This document shows, in pieces, positions 58,662 through 64,000 of a stretch of DNA of 64,000 bases. The notes beneath the pieces are model-generated. The model was not told the origin of the DNA and searched no databases. It saw nothing but the letters and a program-made list of their open reading frames with translations. Location of the stretch: positions 1,632,001-1,696,000 of the forward strand of contig CP009479.1 of the NCBI GenBank assembly GCA_000965745.1. The letters run 5' to 3'. The stretch is from an uncultured archaeon. GTDB taxonomy: Archaea; Thermoplasmatota; Thermoplasmata; Thermoplasmatales; Thermoplasmataceae. A program made the position numbers and the translations under genes. Numbering within the stretch: position 1 is the first letter of the stretch; every line of letters starts with the position of its first letter.

Positions 58662-61091
58662 ATGTCAGCAGAAAGAAGCAAATCTGTCATCGGGTCCAGC
58701 ATTTTCCAATTCCTGAACGACCGGAGCACCCTTTTCATATTCTATGCAGCTTTCTTTCTCCTTGCAGCAATCGTTGCCTGGGGTTTCCTCGGTTATACGG
58801 ACCTCCCTGCAATAGTGTCAATATGGATTCTGATATTACTCAGCGCTGTATACCTGATATATGCAGTGGCGCTTACAAAGCCGATACCTCTTGTTGAGAA
58901 ACTTCCCTTTGTATCATTTGCACTCTCATTATGGCTGTTTATACTGATATCCAAAATGTTCTACCCGGCTGCGATACACGATGAAATCACGATAGACTCG
59001 TACGCAGCCTATCTGTTTCTCCACCATATCGATCCATACGTGTCGGCTAACATGATCAACGTGTTCAATTTCTTTCATTTCCCATTATATTACGCGACAC
59101 CCCTTCGTGCAGGAGGTTATGTTTACTACCTTATCTACCCGGCGTTGTCTGTGTATGCATTCATCCCATCAGTCGCCCTGGGAATTCCGGACTACTGGAT
59201 ACCGCTTCTGTTCAACGTGGGCACATTTCTGATACTCGTGTATTATTACAGGAAAAGGAAATTCACTGCCACCATACCATTCATAGCGGTCCTGGTCTTC
59301 GTTGAGGCTGAGCTTGTCATAGGGGCAGTCACCGGTGAGACTGATGTGATCTGGGTTTTCTTCCTGGCACTCTCCTACATTTTCAGGAAAAAGCCCTGGA
59401 TGGCCGGGGTATTTTTTGGGCTCTCGATCGCCCAGAAGCAGATACCGGTCGTCATCGCCCCCTTTCTTCTCTACATGATTTACATTGAGAGCGGAAGGGA
59501 CAAAAGGTCGTTTGTAACGCCCGTAGTGGCTGCGGCCACAGTATTCCTGGCTCTTAATGCCCCGTTTATACTGATGAATCCGGGTGCCTGGTTTTCAAGC
59601 ATGCTTCTGTCCGTGGGGCAGCCGATCATCGGAGTGGGCTTCGGTTTCGGCATTCTCTCCTTTGCAGGTTATGCCCCTGTTTCATCCGTCATCTTCTCAG
59701 ACCTTCTCGTAACTTCCCTGGCCTTCCTTTTCGTATTTTACATCAGATATTACAGATCCGTAAAATATGCATTTTTTGCATTTCCGATTGTCATATTCCT
59801 CTTCAACTTCAGAAGCTTGGAGAATTACCTCATTTACTGGCCACTACTCACTATGCTGGTGCTTCCCGACTTCATAAAAGACCGGGAGAGTGGGGACTCA
59901 GAAAATGCAAAACCTGAAACATCGAAGAGGCGCAGGCCATTCCTCTCAGGAACCTCAGGTTTACTCAAGAAAACTAATTTCACAGTGTTCATCATGCTGG
60001 TCATCATACTCGCCGGAGGTGTTTCAACAGGTTACGTAAACCACGAAAACTCCGCATACAGGAGCCAGCTGAAAATCAATGGAATCACACAGTTTCAGGA
60101 CCAGATAATGGTGAATTCCAAGATCACCGCAATGACAGTGAATCTTACTTACAGCCCGATGGATAACTCCAAATCAAATATTCCGGTATTCTTCCGGATA
60201 ATGCCGAATGGGCCCCTAAATTCGAACATAAACGCCCTGCTGTGGAGTGCAAAGAACCCATATGTCAGGCAGGGAAACAACTCACTTACAATTTACCCGG
60301 ATTTCTACTCTGATATGCTCCCTGCCAACACGAGCTTCATCCTCGAAGCTTACTATGGAAACATAACCGCCTATTACAAGGCCGTCTCTCCAGTATCGCC
60401 TGCCAACCCACTGCAGGACCCGTTTCTGTTGTACCCCACCACCGATGAAAAAGCGCCATTTCCGGGCTGGAACCTGACCAAGTCAGGAAATGATGGAAAC
60501 ATTGTTTATTCATCATCACACCTAAGTCTCGGGCTCCGCGATTCCAATGGGACAGGACAGGGGTGGAATTCAATTTCGATTTCGACTCCGGTGAATTTCA
60601 CCTACCTTGCGGATAATAACTACACACTCTCGTATTCGGCTTCGGGGACAAATGGAAGCTATATCGGCAGAACGGGCACAATCCTCAGGTTTTCAGGAAT
60701 TCTTCTCACCTTCAACGCCGGGCAGGAGAAATTCTGGTACGGGTACAATGCCTCGGCCATCAATAAAAAATATTCTTCGTTCAACCGCATAAACGCAAGC
60801 GTAGTGACTTCCAATACTGTCCTCAATTTCAGCACCATAAGGGAGTATCTTTCGACTCTCGGATGGGGTTTCAGCCATGCAGTCCTAAGCTACGCCGTGG
60901 TATCCACCACGGAATCGGGCCTGAATTTCTCCCTCTCAAACATCTCTCTTTCGGATAACGGAAAAGCCATCAGGCCATTTCAATCGGAAGGCGGGTTCGT
61001 GTTACAGCCATACACAGCAAATATTTATTCTTCCAGCCCCGATCTGCAGGCTGTGCAACTGGTAAGGCCACAAGAGGTGGTCAGCTGGTAG
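58662..61091 (+). CDS. Multi-pass membrane protein, GT-C (GT87/PMT-like) with a large glycosylated C-terminal domain
   Basis: HDEITID, IDPY, YPAL, GETD, GLSIAQKQ, NAPF; sequon-rich C-terminus. Confidence 0.7.
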   Translation: MSAERSKSVIGSSIFQFLNDRSTLFIFYAAFFLLAAIVAWGFLGYTDLPAIVSIWILILLSAVYLIYAVALTKPIPLVEKLPFVSFALSLWLFILISKMFYPAAIHDEITIDSYAAYLFLHHIDPYVSANMINVFNFFHFPLYYATPLRAGGYVYYLIYPALSVYAFIPSVALGIPDYWIPLLFNVGTFLILVYYYRKRKFTATIPFIAVLVFVEAELVIGAVTGETDVIWVFFLALSYIFRKKPWMAGVFFGLSIAQKQIPVVIAPFLLYMIYIESGRDKRSFVTPVVAAATVFLALNAPFILMNPGAWFSSMLLSVGQPIIGVGFGFGILSFAGYAPVSSVIFSDLLVTSLAFLFVFYIRYYRSVKYAFFAFPIVIFLFNFRSLENYLIYWPLLTMLVLPDFIKDRESGDSENAKPETSKRRRPFLSGTSGLLKKTNFTVFIMLVIILAGGVSTGYVNHENSAYRSQLKINGITQFQDQIMVNSKITAMTVNLTYSPMDNSKSNIPVFFRIMPNGPLNSNINALLWSAKNPYVRQGNNSLTIYPDFYSDMLPANTSFILEAYYGNITAYYKAVSPVSPANPLQDPFLLYPTTDEKAPFPGWNLTKSGNDGNIVYSSSHLSLGLRDSNGTGQGWNSISISTPVNFTYLADNNYTLSYSASGTNGSYIGRTGTILRFSGILLTFNAGQEKFWYGYNASAINKKYSSFNRINASVVTSNTVLNFSTIREYLSTLGWGFSHAVLSYAVVSTTESGLNFSLSNISLSDNGKAIRPFQSEGGFVLQPYTANIYSSSPDLQAVQLVRPQEVVSW

Positions 61092-62155
61092 ATCTTTCGG
61101 TAGAAATTCCAACATACAATGAAGCAGAAAACATAGGCAAGCTCATTGATGAGCTCGAGAGGCTGCCGATCGATCTGGAAATCATTGTAATAGATGACAG
61201 CAGCCCGGATGGCACTTCACAGGTCGTAGAAGACCTGAAAGATAAGTACAGCAATCTCAAGCTGGTCGTCAGGCCGAGCAAGAAGGGCCTTGCATCAGCT
61301 ATTCTCGAGGGAATGCAGGTAGCAGAATCTGACAATATAGCCGTGATGGACGGTGACATGCAGCATCCTCCTGACCTTCTGGAAGAGATGCTTACCAGGA
61401 TCAGAAATGGAAACGACCTGGTGATAGCATCAAGGTATACAAGCGGTGGAAACCCGGGCAAACTGAGCCTGACAAGAAAGCTTATCTCCAAGAGCGCGAC
61501 TCTTATGGCACATGTGATGCTGCGCGAGACAAAGATTGTGAAGGACCCGCTATCGGGGTATTTCGTTTTCAGAAAAGATGTGGTAAACGGGGCAAATATC
61601 AGCCCGACAGGTTATAAAATTCTGCTGGAAGTCCTCATGAAGGGTCACGCAAACAAAATGGAGGAAATCCCATACACCTTCAGGCCCAGATTCATGGGAA
61701 GCAGCAAACTCTCGATCTGGGAGGATCTGAACTACATCCACCTGATCCTCAAACTTGCAGAATACAGGCCACTGAAATTCGTAATAGTCGGCGTCACTGG
61801 AGTAATCATAAACGTGGGAATACTCGGGCTGCTTCACACCCTTGGGATAAGCATCCCAATAGCGGGTGCGGTTTCCATTGAGTCTTCCATACTCTCAAAT
61901 TTCGCGGTAAATAACGCCTGGACTTTCAGGAACAAGAAGGATGGCGGCCTTATATCCAGGCTTCTTAAGTACAACCTTGTAACACTTCTTGGAGCGGTTA
62001 TCAACTATGCGGCATTGAACGCCCTGGTTCTCCTGTCAGTGCATTATATATTCGCGGACCTCATAGGAATCGCCCTTGGTTTTCTTGCCAACTATCTGGG
62101 GAGCGAACTCTTTGTGTGGTCGCCTATGGGATCTAAAAAGAAGCATGAGAACTGA
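61085..62155 (+). CDS. Polyprenol/dolichol-phosphate mannosyltransferase (GT2) with a C-terminal GtrA-like domain; probable CTG start
   Basis: LSVEIPTYNEAENI and IDDSSPDGT lie in frame upstream of the called ATG; VMDGDMQHPP, ASRY, DPLSGY; GtrA-like tail. Confidence 0.9.
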   Translation: MVDLSVEIPTYNEAENIGKLIDELERLPIDLEIIVIDDSSPDGTSQVVEDLKDKYSNLKLVVRPSKKGLASAILEGMQVAESDNIAVMDGDMQHPPDLLEEMLTRIRNGNDLVIASRYTSGGNPGKLSLTRKLISKSATLMAHVMLRETKIVKDPLSGYFVFRKDVVNGANISPTGYKILLEVLMKGHANKMEEIPYTFRPRFMGSSKLSIWEDLNYIHLILKLAEYRPLKFVIVGVTGVIINVGILGLLHTLGISIPIAGAVSIESSILSNFAVNNAWTFRNKKDGGLISRLLKYNLVTLLGAVINYAALNALVLLSVHYIFADLIGIALGFLANYLGSELFVWSPMGSKKKHEN

Positions 62156-63058
62156 TTATTCTCCCCCTTTGCCGACTATCCCTATGTATTTGTCCTCAAG
62201 ATCGTCGTAACTCGTCACTTCATCGACGTTCCAGCCGCTTTCAACAAGGTACTTGACAACGGAGTGATTCTCTGTGCCGGTTGATTTTCTTATTATCAGC
62301 CTGCCCCCTTCAGTCCTGTATTCCTGAACAAAAGGACTGTTAATTACCATATTCTCCGGCACTTTGGATACCCGGACAGTGATGATGTCGCTTCTTCTTA
62401 CTGCCCTGGAATCGTAAGCCAGTTTACCGCCGTTTATGATGGTGACTCTATCACACACATCCCTTGCCTCATTCAGGAGGTGGGTGCTGAGGATAACTAT
62501 GTGCCTCTCTTCCCGCGATATTTTGCTGATTATGTCCCTGATCTCCTTCATCCCCTTTGGATCGAGGCTAGTTGTTGGCTCGTCCAGAACCAGTATTTCC
62601 GGGTCGCATGCCATTGCGGCAGCTATACCGAGCCTCTGTTTCATGCCCCTCGAGTAGTTGCCCGTCCTTCTGTGAAGATATCCTTTTATTGAAGTCATTT
62701 CCGCGACCCTCCTTATCTCGTCCTCACAGTCGCTGGAGTCCATCCCCCTGATTCTGCATACGAACCTGAGCGACTCATACCCGGTAAGATACGGATAGAA
62801 TTCCGGCTGTTCAATGAGTGACCCCACATCTTTCAGCACATTTTTAGGATCGTTGGCCACACTCCTTCCATTTATGAGGATCTTCCCGGAACTCGGCCTC
62901 ATAATGCCGGTGATTAGTTTCAGCAGGGTCGTCTTTCCCGCCCCGTTGGGGCCAAGTATCCCCATGACCATTGGCTCATCAATATCCAAAGAAACATCGT
63001 CCAGTGCCTTAAGGGACCCGAAACGCTTTGACACCGAGGAGATGCTGATTGACACCAT
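62156..63058 (-). CDS. ABC transporter ATP-binding protein
   Basis: GPNGAGKTT, YSRGMKQR, LDEPT, STHLL. Confidence 0.95.
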   Translation of the reverse strand: MVSISISSVSKRFGSLKALDDVSLDIDEPMVMGILGPNGAGKTTLLKLITGIMRPSSGKILINGRSVANDPKNVLKDVGSLIEQPEFYPYLTGYESLRFVCRIRGMDSSDCEDEIRRVAEMTSIKGYLHRRTGNYSRGMKQRLGIAAAMACDPEILVLDEPTTSLDPKGMKEIRDIISKISREERHIVILSTHLLNEARDVCDRVTIINGGKLAYDSRAVRRSDIITVRVSKVPENMVINSPFVQEYRTEGGRLIIRKSTGTENHSVVKYLVESGWNVDEVTSYDDLEDKYIGIVGKGGE

Positions 63059-63894
63059 CAGTGGACCTCCCTTCTTTCAAATACAAAGAGTGCAGCAACA
63101 AACCCAATCACCGTGTAAAGCAGCATCACAAATGATGATGTGAGCACCTCATGGATTCCCGCGGGAGTTATGGATCCGGCTGAGGAGAAATTGCTGGTGG
63201 ATACGTTTATGAAGACACGCTGAACAATGCTGGACGCATTGCTGAGGAGGAAGAACGCGTTGTAGCTGTAAAGAAGCTGCAAGAGAATTTCCACAACGTT
63301 GAAGACGAGGAAATAGATGATAAATACGGTGATGTAAGCGTACAGGTTCTTGCTGAAGATACTGCTGATAAGGAAGGTCAGGGAAGTAAGCGAAAGAATG
63401 AAGAGTATAAGCAGCCCGTAGGAGATGTAAAAACGCGGGAACGGGAAAGCATGGAACTCTATTCCGAGGACAGCTGCCTCAAAAGCTATGTAGATTGAGG
63501 TAACTACAAGAGTCACAGCGAAGGCAGCGAGGTACTTTCCACCAAGGAGTGTAAATCTGCCTATCGGCAGGGAAAAAATGTGGTATGAGGTCTTGTTCTC
63601 GATCTCGCTTGATACCGCAGGGGACCCAAAGAATACAGAGGCAAAAACAGGGACGTCCAGAAGGATAAATGCCCAGAGAAACGCGAAAACATTCTCCTTC
63701 TCACTCACAGGAAGGTTCTGAAACTGCGTACCACCCAGGAATGACGGGAGATTGTTGGAATACCTGAAGGACAGGTAGGTCATAAGTGACGAAATAAGCA
63801 GAATAAGTATCAGCATGACATAAAAACTTCTAGATCTGTAATAGTTTGTGAAATAGTGTGTAAAGACTGTAAGAAAACGACCCCTGCCTGCCAT
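63058..63894 (-). CDS. ABC-2 type permease
   Basis: SSEIENKT..IFSLPI.R...GKY; six TM segments; ends FERREV. Confidence 0.9.
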   Translation of the reverse strand: MAGRGRFLTVFTHYFTNYYRSRSFYVMLILILLISSLMTYLSFRYSNNLPSFLGGTQFQNLPVSEKENVFAFLWAFILLDVPVFASVFFGSPAVSSEIENKTSYHIFSLPIGRFTLLGGKYLAAFAVTLVVTSIYIAFEAAVLGIEFHAFPFPRFYISYGLLILFILSLTSLTFLISSIFSKNLYAYITVFIIYFLVFNVVEILLQLLYSYNAFFLLSNASSIVQRVFINVSTSNFSSAGSITPAGIHEVLTSSFVMLLYTVIGFVAALFVFERREVH

Positions 63895-64000
63895 CAGGCA
63901 CCAACCTTGCCAAGGTATTGTGTCACGTAGCCCACAAGTTCGCTCAAGGTATAGTTCCCCGTAACGGTGACCATCAGGCTTCCCGGCTTTGAGCTCACAG
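63894..64000 (-). CDS. 3' end of an upstream gene (partial, unknown product)
   Basis: Open frame ...VSSKPGSLMVTVTGNYTLSELVGYVTQYLGKVGA* whose stop overlaps the permease start (TGATG). Confidence 0.6.
   Translation of the reverse strand, partial: VSSKPGSLMVTVTGNYTLSELVGYVTQYLGKVGA

Noticed and set aside
1-64000. CRISPR arrays, tRNA/rRNA genes and the many antisense or nested ORFs in the track
   Set aside because: I saw no spaced short repeats or RNA-gene signatures by eye. The nested ORFs overlap well-supported genes and lack motifs.

Overview
This window most likely comes from an acidophilic archaeon of the Thermoplasmatales. The evidence is thermopsin-type surface proteins, a rusticyanin-like cupredoxin, cytochrome bd, GTP-type PEPCK, TATA-like boxes about 25-30 nt before start codons, and GGTGA/GAGGTG ribosome-binding sites. 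All protein assignments come from motif recognition, not database searches. (1) A catabolic island of about 23.5 kb (12.1-35.7 kb) encodes a NiCoT metal permease, a bicupin next to an EutA-like ATPase with no eutBC in the window, two more related cupins and a NitT/TauT-type ABC importer. It also encodes two gentisate-dioxygenase-like cupins, a three-subunit molybdenum hydroxylase, two decarboxylase-like proteins, an alpha/beta hydrolase, an FAH-family hydrolase and MFS transporters. (2) Mobile DNA includes a complete IS3 element, an ISL3 element with a frameshifted transposase, an IS5 remnant and three non-autonomous IS200/IS605 derivatives that keep the tnpB 3' end and omega-RNA region. (3) A thermopsin-like protease and a protease-less stalk paralogue share an identical 100-bp promoter and 5' end. 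(4) Three genes appear to need non-canonical start codons (CTG, ATT, CTG). (5) The rest is housekeeping, transport and glycosylation genes. I saw no tRNA, rRNA or CRISPR array. The best candidate for an undescribed system is the NiCoT/cupin/EutA-like ATPase module.
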